From Clostridia bacterium (lineage in GTDB: Bacteria; Bacillota; Clostridia; Christensenellales; CAAEEZ01), in NCBI GenBank assembly GCA_900755035.1, contig CAAEEZ010000017.1, positions 329,066 through 393,065 on the forward strand: a DNA stretch of 64,000 nt, read 5' to 3'. Numbering within the stretch: the stretch's first letter is position 1; every line of letters begins with the position of its first letter. The notes beneath the pieces are model-generated. The model saw only the letters and a program-made list of their open reading frames with translations. It had not been told where the DNA came from and did no database searches. The position numbers and the translations under genes were made by a program. Of this stretch, positions 55,208 to 64,000 are shown piece after piece.

Positions 55208-55732
55208 TTAATCAAGCCTTTTTAGAAACTCCACAAGCGTATTTTCAGGTGATAAATTACTTACTCCACCAGCCTTGTCTAGCCCCGAAAAAACCTTACA
55301 ACCAACGTACTCTTTTCCTAACGCTTTACTAAAAAATTTCATAGCGTAATCCATACCGATATGGTTTTCTTCTTTGTTTGCCCCCTGCGTAACTACGAGC
55401 GCTATTTTACCTTGCACTTTTTTAGGATTTACGTACATAAACTGCGACCTATCAATTAGCGCCTTAGTCTTACTATCAAACGAGCAAAAATAAACGGGAC
55501 AAAACATAACTATTCTATCGTACGAAGCAATTTTTTTTAGCGTTAAAGTGGTGTCGTCTTCCTTTACGCACTCGTTATGAGTTAGGCAATAATCACACGC
55601 CTTGCAACCTTTGTACTCCCCTTCGTAAACTAGTAATTCGTCGGCGTTTTCAAAATATTTTTTTGCAATATTGAACAAATATCTATTACTGCCGTTTTTC
55701 CTTGGGCTTGATAAAATTAACAACGTTTTCAT
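55208..55732 (-). CDS. Flavodoxin-like NAD(P)H-dependent FMN reductase / iron-sulfur flavoprotein-type protein
   Basis: MKTLLILSSPRKNGSN is a flavodoxin-like P-loop. The cysteine motif is CKACDYC. Confidence 0.7.
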   Translation of the reverse strand: MKTLLILSSPRKNGSNRYLFNIAKKYFENADELLVYEGEYKGCKACDYCLTHNECVKEDDTTLTLKKIASYDRIVMFCPVYFCSFDSKTKALIDRSQFMYVNPKKVQGKIALVVTQGANKEENHIGMDYAMKFFSKALGKEYVGCKVFSGLDKAGGVSNLSPENTLVEFLKRLD

Positions 55733-55821
55733 ACCGTTATTATACCATATTTTGCTAGCAATTCAAAAAAATAATTTGTATTTTTGTTACGTTTAGTATA
55801 AAATAATAACGAGGTAAAAAT

Positions 55822-56697
55822 ATGTACGAACTTGTTAAACTTGGTAAAAACACCTATTATATAAACGCATTTTGTAACGTTGGCGTATACGTAAACGGCA
55901 CTGACGCTACTTTAATAGACAGTGGACTTGACGATGAAAACGCCGTAATTATAGACGACTTACTAAAAAAAGAAGGGCTACTTGTAAAAAATATTATAAT
56001 TACTCACGCTCACGCCGATCATATCGGTTCTAGTAGGTATTTTGTAGACAAATACAACACAACCGTATTATGCACGAAAGCAGACACTGCGATAGCGAAT
56101 ATCTCTATACTAAATACCTCGCTAATTTACGGTGGATTGCCTTCTAATATTGCAAAGGGAAAGATGCTGTACGCTAAGCCGTGCAAAGCAATAGAAATAA
56201 CTAAGGACAACTTACCAAAGGGGCTAGAAATTGTCGACCTAAGGGGACACAGCATATCAATGATAGGCGTTAAAACCGACGATAACGTGCTGTTTGTAGC
56301 CGATAGCGTAATCAGCGAGAAAACCATACAAAAATTCCCGCTAACTTACCTACTAAACGTAAACGAATATCTTTCGTCAATGGATAAAATACTAGCTATA
56401 AATGCTGATTATTACGTACCTGCTCACGCCGAAGTTACCACCGATATTGCCCTACTTATCAGCCTAAACAAGCAAGCAGTGAAAAAGAATATCGACGATA
56501 TTTTGTCCGTTATGACAAAACCTATCGAAATAGGCGACCTAGTATTCGAGTACGCTAAAAAATTTGGATACGTACTTAAAACTAGCCAATTTTTCGTGGT
56601 AACAACCACCATCAAAAACTACCTTGCGCACCTAGAAAGCGAAGGAAAAGTAAAAGCCTATATCGAAAACAATCGTCTATTTTGGGAAAAACTTTAA
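55822..56697 (+). CDS. MBL-fold metallo-hydrolase
   Basis: The motif is IIITHAHADHIG, with downstream His/Asp ligands. The RBS is CGAGGT. Confidence 0.8.
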   Translation: MYELVKLGKNTYYINAFCNVGVYVNGTDATLIDSGLDDENAVIIDDLLKKEGLLVKNIIITHAHADHIGSSRYFVDKYNTTVLCTKADTAIANISILNTSLIYGGLPSNIAKGKMLYAKPCKAIEITKDNLPKGLEIVDLRGHSISMIGVKTDDNVLFVADSVISEKTIQKFPLTYLLNVNEYLSSMDKILAINADYYVPAHAEVTTDIALLISLNKQAVKKNIDDILSVMTKPIEIGDLVFEYAKKFGYVLKTSQFFVVTTTIKNYLAHLESEGKVKAYIENNRLFWEKL

Positions 56698-56715
56698 CAA
56701 AAGAATAAATTTTAT

Positions 56716-56741
56716 CAAGCCGTCATTTGACGGCTTTTTAA
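56716..56741 (+). terminator. Rho-independent terminator after the MBL hydrolase gene
   Basis: Stem aagccgtca / tgacggctt followed by TTTT. Confidence 0.8.
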
Positions 56742-56934
56742 GCGTTTAATAATATCTTTTTATACTATTTTCAAAGCAATGGTTATATACGTTATCAAAT
56801 AATAACGTTTCTTTTTATTCATTATTATATTTTGCAAAATAATCGCATTTTTCATATATTTACAAAAGAAAAACGACGGATTACTCCGCCGATTCTCTTT
56901 CTCAATCCCTATATTTATTCACTTACGTTAAGGG

Positions 56935-58200
56935 CTATTTTGACAATAGAACCAAACTATTTATAAGTTCGTCTATCGTTTCTTGCGCTTTTTCAAAATC
57001 CTCGTTAGTGCCGTATAACGCAATACTAAAAGTAATTTCATCCATAAAGGTTGTTAGTGCAAGTTGGATATACGGATTACGTTTTATAGATCCCGTTATA
57101 TACATATCCACCGTTTTTACTCCGCAAAAATCTACACATTCGTAAGGAACTATTCCTATATTCGATACTGCAACTAGCGGATTGTGGTAGTTCTTTTTAA
57201 TTAGATGTCTACTTAATCTATGAGGGAACAAACCAAAGTTAATTCTAAGAAGAGCAAGACCCGACAACCCAGGTAAGTCGTTCTTTCTTTCTTCCATTTT
57301 GTCGTGGACAAGCGATATTACTTCTCTTAGGTCGAAACTTTCCACGTTGCCAACGTTAAGTTGCGTAGTTGATACGCAGTTGGTAAAGCCGATTTGCGAT
57401 TTATCTTTTAGAAAACGCCTTAAATCCACTATGCAGTCTAAGTCGATAGGCTTGGATATACCACTAACTTTGTGCATTGCTTTAATAAAGCCTGCCATTA
57501 TAGCGTCGTTTAGGGTAAAGCCGTTGTTTTTGCAGTACTCTTTAAGGGCGTAAAAATCATCTCTTTTTAGTTTGCCCGTAACAAGCCTACCTTCGTCGTG
57601 CTTTTCGTCGTCGCTAAATCTAAAACCTTGCCTTTCTTCATTACCGGAGCTATAATTCATACGAGTGTTTGCCTTGATATCGTCTTCAAGCGTTAGCGAA
57701 TCGTAAATTTTTTCGTAATTACGATTGCCCATGCTCTCCTCTACTTCGAACTCTTCACCACCCGTTATTCTATTGTAATATCCCGACAAAGTTTTCAGCA
57801 TTTGCTTACTGCTGTTGCCGTCGCAAACCATGTGGTTTAGTAGCATACACAAGGTATCCTTCTCCCCTTGGCGAAGTAGCATAAACCTAATTTGAATTTC
57901 GTTGTATTCGTCGATAGGTCTGCACAAGAATTTTTGTATTATCTCGTCGTCCTCGTCCTCAACGACCGACAAAACGCTCTCGTCGTAAGGCAGTTCTTCC
58001 CACCTAGTTCTAAAAGGACTTTCTACGAACCTGCAACGCAAAATAGGATACGTAACAAACAATTTATCTATCGCTTTGTATAGCGCTTTTTCGTCCAAAT
58101 TGCCGTCGAACCTTATTACGAAATGAATCATATGGTCGTTGTAATCTTTGAAACAATTTTGCATTTTATCCCATAATGCAGGCTTGTAACATTTTGCCAT
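56935..58200 (-). CDS. Stand-alone condensation-domain-like acyltransferase (HxxxDG superfamily)
   Basis: The protein is 421 aa. The active-site-like motif is NHMVCDGNS (HxxxDG). The size and motif position fit NRPS C-domain / PapA5-type acyltransferases. Confidence 0.6.
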   Translation of the reverse strand: MAKCYKPALWDKMQNCFKDYNDHMIHFVIRFDGNLDEKALYKAIDKLFVTYPILRCRFVESPFRTRWEELPYDESVLSVVEDEDDEIIQKFLCRPIDEYNEIQIRFMLLRQGEKDTLCMLLNHMVCDGNSSKQMLKTLSGYYNRITGGEEFEVEESMGNRNYEKIYDSLTLEDDIKANTRMNYSSGNEERQGFRFSDDEKHDEGRLVTGKLKRDDFYALKEYCKNNGFTLNDAIMAGFIKAMHKVSGISKPIDLDCIVDLRRFLKDKSQIGFTNCVSTTQLNVGNVESFDLREVISLVHDKMEERKNDLPGLSGLALLRINFGLFPHRLSRHLIKKNYHNPLVAVSNIGIVPYECVDFCGVKTVDMYITGSIKRNPYIQLALTTFMDEITFSIALYGTNEDFEKAQETIDELINSLVLLSK

Positions 58201-58381
58201 AATACACCCCTCTCTCTATACTAAAATTTGATTATGTATCTAATCTGTTTATATACATAATAACATTACTTAGTTTTGCTGTCAATTATTTTTAATAAAG
58301 ATACTTTGGCATTTAATTATTTTTTATACCTATCCCATATATTATTTTACTTCTATAAATTATAATATACAATGAATTATA

Positions 58382-58409
58382 CAAAAAAAGACGAGCAATG
58401 CTCGTCTTT
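58382..58409 (-). terminator. Rho-independent terminator ending the pyr operon
   Basis: Stem gacgagc / gctcgtc (58390-58396 and 58400-58406), followed on the minus strand by T7. Confidence 0.85.
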
Positions 58410-58413
58410 AACT

Positions 58414-58995
58414 TTATTTTAAGCCTCTGCTTCCTGGTTTTACGGCAGGAGTTTTACCTTCTTTGCACATTGGACATTCGCTTGGCTCGTAACTAACTAC
58501 GTCCATACTAATTAAGTTTACGAATTTTACGCCGAAATCAACTTTGCCGTTACTTCTATCTACAATACTTGCAACAGCCGTTACGTTGCAACCCCTTTCC
58601 TTAACTAGTTCGATTACTTCCTTTACGCTACCACCCGTAGTAACTACGTCTTCAACCACAAGTACGTTTGCGTTTTCAGGTAGTGCAAAACCTCTTCTTA
58701 GCGTCATAGCGCCGTTTTCTCTTTCGGCAAAGATATTGTTTACGCCAAGTTGTCTTGCCATTTCGTAGCCCATCAATATACCGCCTACTGCTGGGGATAT
58801 AACTAAATCTATCTTTTCGCCGTCAAGTTTTTCAGCAAGGCTTTTGCAAAGTAGTTCGCTTGCTTTTGGGTCTACGAATAGTTTTGCGCATTGCATATAA
58901 GTATCGCTGTGTCTACCCGAAGTAAGAATAAAGTGTCCCTTCAAAATTCCACCGGTTTTTTCAAAAATTTTCAACATTTCTTCTTGTGTTAACAT
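58414..58995 (-). CDS. pyrE: Orotate phosphoribosyltransferase
   Basis: [11 protein letters not shown] is present. The PRPP motif is [13 protein letters not shown]. Confidence 0.92.
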   Translation of the reverse strand: MLTQEEMLKIFEKTGGILKGHFILTSGRHSDTYMQCAKLFVDPKASELLCKSLAEKLDGEKIDLVISPAVGGILMGYEMARQLGVNNIFAERENGAMTLRRGFALPENANVLVVEDVVTTGGSVKEVIELVKERGCNVTAVASIVDRSNGKVDFGVKFVNLISMDVVSYEPSECPMCKEGKTPAVKPGSRGLK

Positions 58996-59016
58996 ATCTT
59001 TTCTCCTTAATAATTT

Positions 59017-59925
59017 TTAGTCTACTATTAGTTTTCCAACGTATTCGTTTATATCCACGTCGTTTTCCAAAACGAATTTTTCCAAATCTTTTACAATATT
59101 ATAGCTTGCCATAGGGTCGGTAAAGTTTGCAGTGCCCACTTCTACGGCAGTTGCTCCGCAAAGCATAAATTCTAGTACGTCGGTGTACTTAGATATACCA
59201 CCCATACCTATTATAGGTAGTTTAATAGCGTTATACGTTTGCCACACCATTTTTAGTGCGATAGGTTTTATGCACTCGCCCGACAATCCGCCGAATACGT
59301 TATTTAGGATTGGACGTCTAGTTTTGTAATTTACAGCCATACCACCAACGGTATTTATAAGCGATACAGCGTCGCCACCCGCTACTTCTACCGCTCTTGC
59401 GTTATCTTGAATATTCGCTACGTTAGGCGACAATTTCATAATGATAGGTTTCGTAGTATTTTTACGTATTGCGCTAGTTACTCTCTCCACGCTTTTTGGG
59501 TCTACGCCAAAAGCCATACCACCTTCTTTTACGTTCGGGCAACTGATATTAACTTCCACCATATCCACGTCGGTTTCGTCTATTATCTTTGCCATCTCTA
59601 CGTACTCGTCAAGGGTGCTACCTGCAATATTTGCAATAACACAAGTACCCGTATCCTTCAAAAAGTTAAGGTCGTTTTCGATAAACGCCCTAACGCCCGG
59701 GTTTTGCAGTCCAACGCTGTTGATTATTCCACTTGCCGTTTCTGCAATACGAGGGGATTTGTTGCCAAGTTTTTTGTTTAGAGTAAGCCCTTTCGTACAC
59801 ACTCCACCAAGTTCGCCTATATCGTAAAATTCGTTATACTCTCTGCCAAAACCAAACGTACCACTTGCCGTAATGATAGGATTTTTTAGTGTTTTTCCAA
59901 GTAAATTTACTTTTAGATTAGTCAT
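59017..59925 (-). CDS. pyrD: Dihydroorotate dehydrogenase B, catalytic subunit
   Basis: NPIITASGTFGFG, EVNISCPNVK and GMGGI match PyrD. Confidence 0.92.
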   Translation of the reverse strand: MTNLKVNLLGKTLKNPIITASGTFGFGREYNEFYDIGELGGVCTKGLTLNKKLGNKSPRIAETASGIINSVGLQNPGVRAFIENDLNFLKDTGTCVIANIAGSTLDEYVEMAKIIDETDVDMVEVNISCPNVKEGGMAFGVDPKSVERVTSAIRKNTTKPIIMKLSPNVANIQDNARAVEVAGGDAVSLINTVGGMAVNYKTRRPILNNVFGGLSGECIKPIALKMVWQTYNAIKLPIIGMGGISKYTDVLEFMLCGATAVEVGTANFTDPMASYNIVKDLEKFVLENDVDINEYVGKLIVD

Positions 59926-60685
59926 CTAAATCCACCTCCCACGCATTAAATACAGGTCCGTCCTTACAAGCACGCAAGTAGTCCTCTTTGCCGTTTATCT
60001 TCACCTTGCAGTTACATACAAGGCAAGCGCCTATTCCACAGCCCATACGTCTTTCCATCGATATAAATATCGGGGTATCCACGCCTTCAAACGTCCTTTT
60101 AAGCGACTTAAACATAGGCTCTGGACCACACGCAACTATTACGTCAGGCTTAATTCTGTCGTACTCTTCTCTTGCTAAGTCCGTTACAAATCCCTTGTAA
60201 CCTTCGCTTCCGTCGGCAGTTGCTACGAATACCTCTTTGGAGCGTTCTTTCATAAAATCGTACTTTATCACTTGATTTTTAGAGTTAAACCCCATAAACG
60301 TGTATATTTCTTTGCCACTGAAAGTTCTAAATATACTTGGGAAAACGGCTACGCCCATTCCACCTGCAACTACCATTATTTTGCCAAAAGCGTCTAGGTC
60401 AAAACCGTTACCAAGACCGATAAGCGCCTTTAACGTTGCGCCTTCTTTTAGCGTGGAAAGTAGTTTCGTTCCTTCGCCAACTACTTGGTATATTATCGTT
60501 ACGCTATTTTCGTCGTAATCGGCAACGCAAAACGGCCTACGAAGTAACTGTTTATCGCTTGGGGTGGACAAATTGATAAATTGCCCAACCTTAGCGGTAA
60601 ATTCTCCTTCTACTAACAGTTTCATTTCAAACACGTTACTTGTTAAAGCCGTATTTGACAAAACTTTTACGTTATAATCTTTCAT
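59918..60685 (-). CDS. pyrK: Dihydroorotate dehydrogenase electron-transfer subunit
   Basis: The FAD-binding RRPFCV and the C-terminal 2Fe-2S motif MGCGIGACLVC match PyrK. Confidence 0.9.
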   Translation of the reverse strand: MKDYNVKVLSNTALTSNVFEMKLLVEGEFTAKVGQFINLSTPSDKQLLRRPFCVADYDENSVTIIYQVVGEGTKLLSTLKEGATLKALIGLGNGFDLDAFGKIMVVAGGMGVAVFPSIFRTFSGKEIYTFMGFNSKNQVIKYDFMKERSKEVFVATADGSEGYKGFVTDLAREEYDRIKPDVIVACGPEPMFKSLKRTFEGVDTPIFISMERRMGCGIGACLVCNCKVKINGKEDYLRACKDGPVFNAWEVDLDD

Positions 60686-63600
60686 TTATTTCTCCAAATC
60701 TTGTAGTGCGATAGGCTTAGTGCTCTTGATATCTTTGTTATATTCAAGCGCCTCGCATAATGCCCTTGCGGTATCTACGCTAGTTAGACAAGGGATACCT
60801 ATTTCAACAGCCGTTCTTCTTATCTTAAAGCCGTCCCTTGACGATTGTCTACCCTTCGTAGGCGTATTGATAATTAGTTCTATTACGCCCTTTCTAGCAA
60901 GGTATACGATATCGCCGTTTCTCTTTTCTACAATTTTGTTTACGGCAATCGTGTAAATATCGTGGTCTAATAGGTACTTAGCAGTGCCGTAGGTTGCAAA
61001 TATCTTATAGCCCATTTCGTCAAACTTCTTAGCAGTTTCTAGTATCTCGTTCTTGAAGTTATCCGATACCGATATTACCACGCCACAGCCGTTATGTAGT
61101 TTAATACCGCTTGCAACAAGACCTTTTAATAGTGCCTCAGGATAAGTTTCTCCTATACCTAATACTTCACCCGTCGATTTCATTTCTGGGCTTGCAGATA
61201 TTTCAAGGTCAGGAAGTTTCTCGCTAGAAAATACAGGAACTTTTACAGCGTACACGTCTGCTCTTGGATACAAACCTACGCCGTATCCCATATCGGTTAG
61301 TTTCTCGCCAAGCGATGCCCTTACTGCAAGTTGTACCATAGGTACGCCCGTAACCTTGCTGATAAACGGCACAGTTCTACTAGAACGAGGATTTACTTCG
61401 ATAATGTATAGTTGTCCGTTTGCGTTTATATATTGAATATTGATTAAACCTTTCGTGTGCATAGCAAGAGCAAGTTTCTTGGTTACGTCTATAATTCTAT
61501 CCGTCATTGCTCCCGATACGTTCAAGGTAGGATATACGCTGATAGAGTCGCCCGAGTGAACGCCTGCTCTTTCTACGTGCTCCATAATGCCGGGAATAAG
61601 TACGTTTTCGCCGTCGCAAATTGCGTCAACTTCAAGTTCCATACCCGTTACGTACTTGTCTATTAGAATAGGGTGTTCTTGCTCTACCGAATTTATAATA
61701 GCCATATATTCGCTAATATCGGCGTCGCTATACGCTATCTCCATACCTTGACCACCTAATACGTAACTTGGTCTTACAAGCACAGGATACCCTAGCCTAT
61801 TTGCTACTTCTAGTGCGCTATCGGTAGTAAATACGGTTTCTCCCTTTGGACGAAGCAAGCCTAATTCGCTAAGCACTTGGTCAAATTCTTGCCTATCCTC
61901 CGCAGCATCTATATCTTTTAATTGCGTACCCAAGATATTGTATCCTGCATCTGCAACTGCCTTAGTTAATTTAATTGCAGTTTGTCCACCAAATTGTACT
62001 ACTACTGCCTTCGGCTTTTCTATTTCTAGTACGTTTAGTACGTTTTCTACGGTTAGTGGCTCGAAGTATAGTCTATCTGCCGTGTCAAAGTCCGTAGATA
62101 CGGTTTCTGGGTTGTTGTTTATTATTACGGTATTAAAACCTGCCTTTTTAAGCGCCCATACGCAGTGAACCGAACAATAGTCGAACTCTACGCCTTGACC
62201 TATTCTAATAGGACCGCTACCAAGTACCACGATAGTATTATCAGATGGATTGTTGTGCTTTTCCTTTTTAGCGTAGGTTGAGTAGAAGTACGGCGTACCC
62301 GTTACTCCGTCCTTAAAGCTTAGGTCGATAATGCCGTAATTAGGTACTATTCCTTTTTGCTTTCTAAGTTCTCTTACCTTGTTTTCGGTAGAGTTTACAA
62401 GTAACGCAATTTCCCTGTCGTTTAGTCCTAGCGTTTTTGCCTTTCTAAGTAGTTTCTCGTCTAATGCTTTTGCTTGCTTTAATTCCTTTTCCATATTTAC
62501 AACGTTTAGGAATTTTTCTAAGAAGTACGGCGTAATTTTGGTTATATTATGTATTCTCTTTACGCTGATACCTCTATGTAACGCTTGCAAAACGACGAAC
62601 ATTCTTTCGTCTGTCTTATGTCCTAAAAGTTCTATTATTTCATTGTCGGACAAACTTTGATATTTAAGTAGGTTCGTACCAAAAATACCAAGTTCTAGCG
62701 AGCATATTGCTTTCATAAACGCTTCTTCAACGCTACTTCCTATGCTCATAACTTCGCCCGTTGCCTTCATTCTAGTACCTAGCGTTTTGTTCGCTTGGGT
62801 AAACTTATCAAACGGCCACCTTGGGAATTTGCACACCACGTAATCTACGCTTGGCGATTTTGACGCAAAGTTTACGCCTGCTCTTGAATATATTTCGTCA
62901 AGGTCAAAACCTATTGCAATTAGCGACGATACCCTAGCGATAGGATAACCCGTTGCCTTACTAGCAAGCGCCGACGACCTACTAACACGAGGGTTTACCT
63001 CGATTAGATAATATTCCAAACTGCCTTCTTTTGGATTAAGGGCAAATTGGATATTACAACCGCCTTCAATACCTAACGCACCGATAATTTTAAGCGATGC
63101 GCTCTTTAACAAGTTGCTTTGTTCTTTCGTTAAGGTTTGGCAAGGAGCAACTACTACGCTGTCGCCCGTATGTATACCAACGGGATCGATATTTTCCATA
63201 TCGCACACGATAATAGCGTTGCCCGACTTATCTCTCATTACTTCAAACTCTATTTCTTTCCAGCCTGCAACGGATTTTTCAACAAGTATTTGATTTACCC
63301 TGCTTGCTTTAATACCTGCCGAGGCAATCTCTTCAAGTTCGTCCATATTTTCAGCAAATCCGCCACCCGTTCCGCCTAACGTGTACGCTGGACGAATAAT
63401 TACGGGGAATCCGTTTTCGGTTGCAAATTGTTTTGCCTCGAACACGTTGTCGGTAATAATACTTTCTATAACGGGCTCGTTGATACTTATCATAGTATCC
63501 TTAAACATTTCTCTGTCTTCTGCCCTTTGTATCGTTTCTACCTTCGTACCAAGAAGTCTTATACCCTTCTTTTTAAGGTATCCGTTTTCGGATAATTCTA

Positions 63601-63898
63601 CGGCTAAGTTTAGTCCCGTTTGTCCGCCAAGGGTTGGCAAAATGCTATCTGGTTTTTCCTTTTCGATAATATTTTTAAGTACGTCTGCCCTAAGTGGCTC
63701 TAAGTACACCCTATCAGCCATTTCCTTATCGGTCATGATTGTTGCAGGGTTCGAGTTTACAAGCACTACTTCAACGCCGTTTTCTTTTAAGGCTCTGCAC
63801 GCTTGAGTACCTGCGTAGTCAAATTCTGCCGCTTGTCCTATAACGATAGGACCGCTACCTATAACTAAAACTTTCTTGATGCTATTATCTTTTGGCAT
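60686..63898 (-). CDS. carB: Carbamoyl-phosphate synthase large subunit
   Basis: The protein is 1070 aa with duplicated ATP-grasp halves (VLVIGSGPIVIGQAAEFDYAG... and VVLGSGPIRIGQGVEFDYC...) and a C-terminal MGS-like domain. Confidence 0.95.
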   Translation of the reverse strand: MPKDNSIKKVLVIGSGPIVIGQAAEFDYAGTQACRALKENGVEVVLVNSNPATIMTDKEMADRVYLEPLRADVLKNIIEKEKPDSILPTLGGQTGLNLAVELSENGYLKKKGIRLLGTKVETIQRAEDREMFKDTMISINEPVIESIITDNVFEAKQFATENGFPVIIRPAYTLGGTGGGFAENMDELEEIASAGIKASRVNQILVEKSVAGWKEIEFEVMRDKSGNAIIVCDMENIDPVGIHTGDSVVVAPCQTLTKEQSNLLKSASLKIIGALGIEGGCNIQFALNPKEGSLEYYLIEVNPRVSRSSALASKATGYPIARVSSLIAIGFDLDEIYSRAGVNFASKSPSVDYVVCKFPRWPFDKFTQANKTLGTRMKATGEVMSIGSSVEEAFMKAICSLELGIFGTNLLKYQSLSDNEIIELLGHKTDERMFVVLQALHRGISVKRIHNITKITPYFLEKFLNVVNMEKELKQAKALDEKLLRKAKTLGLNDREIALLVNSTENKVRELRKQKGIVPNYGIIDLSFKDGVTGTPYFYSTYAKKEKHNNPSDNTIVVLGSGPIRIGQGVEFDYCSVHCVWALKKAGFNTVIINNNPETVSTDFDTADRLYFEPLTVENVLNVLEIEKPKAVVVQFGGQTAIKLTKAVADAGYNILGTQLKDIDAAEDRQEFDQVLSELGLLRPKGETVFTTDSALEVANRLGYPVLVRPSYVLGGQGMEIAYSDADISEYMAIINSVEQEHPILIDKYVTGMELEVDAICDGENVLIPGIMEHVERAGVHSGDSISVYPTLNVSGAMTDRIIDVTKKLALAMHTKGLINIQYINANGQLYIIEVNPRSSRTVPFISKVTGVPMVQLAVRASLGEKLTDMGYGVGLYPRADVYAVKVPVFSSEKLPDLEISASPEMKSTGEVLGIGETYPEALLKGLVASGIKLHNGCGVVISVSDNFKNEILETAKKFDEMGYKIFATYGTAKYLLDHDIYTIAVNKIVEKRNGDIVYLARKGVIELIINTPTKGRQSSRDGFKIRRTAVEIGIPCLTSVDTARALCEALEYNKDIKSTKPIALQDLEK

Positions 63899-63910
63899 AG
63901 TTCTTCTCCT

Positions 63911-64000
63911 TTATTTTATCGCGCTATTTAAGTCTTCTTTCATTTTGATTACTGCGTTTCTAGCAGCTTCGTAGTAGGTTTGACCTTTGTATTCGTCCTT
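63911..64000 (-). CDS. 3' end of an upstream gene running off the right edge (position suggests carA, not verifiable)
   Basis: The minus-strand frame reads ...KDEYKGQTYYEAARNAVIKMKEDLNSAIK*, with the stop at 63913-63911, 12 nt before the carB start. This is too short to identify. Confidence 0.35.
   Translation of the reverse strand, partial: KDEYKGQTYYEAARNAVIKMKEDLNSAIK

Overview
This is a 64-kb chromosomal segment of a low-GC Firmicutes/Clostridia-type genome. That placement rests on spoVT-yabM-yabN synteny, Rex, DnaD/DnaI-type replication genes and frequent TTG/GTG starts with strong GGAGG-type RBSs. All calls come from reading the ORF track and the raw sequence. No searches were run, so every family assignment is motif recognition.

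Most of the window is housekeeping or metabolic:
- partial uxaC with an AraC regulator
- a Na/Pi cotransporter
- tRNA-Ser(UGA) and tRNA-Thr(GGU)
- an NSS transporter
- a Ca-type P-type ATPase with a divergent TetR
- ruvX
- a flavin-reductase-rubredoxin fusion, plus a 52-aa rubredoxin that is missing from the ORF track
- mscL
- hypA coupled to a ~905-aa Fe-S flavoprotein
- a sialic-acid/fucose cluster: GH29 fucosidase, nanA, nanK, nanE, a GH33 sialidase and a divergent GPH transporter
- gdhA
- gpmI-tpiA-pgk
- trmL, dusB, mazG/yabN, a MOP flippase, spoVT and rex
- DnaD-like and DnaC/I-like genes
- a second GPH transporter
- pyrE-pyrD-pyrK-carB

I saw no rRNA, CRISPR array, integrase or transposase.

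The regions most worth a second look:
1. A strongly AT-rich islet next to tRNA-Thr. The tRNA carries a degenerate duplicated 3' end. The islet holds an XRE regulator facing a decayed PH-domain gene and an orphan 383-aa membrane-anchored protein. This is my best candidate for an undescribed defence or mobile-element module.
2. A second, very AT-rich islet carrying an AbiH-like abortive-infection gene.
3. A GntR / polytopic membrane protein / ATC-hydrolase-like / cysteine-desulfidase-like locus. Its desulfidase is broken by a frameshift and an in-frame TAA.
4. An orphan HypA translationally coupled to a multi-cluster Fe-S flavoprotein.
5. A nan/fuc cluster whose two glycosidases both lack signal peptides.

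Five reading frames in the window are interrupted, mostly at short homopolymers. Assembly error versus real gene decay has to be resolved before these are interpreted.
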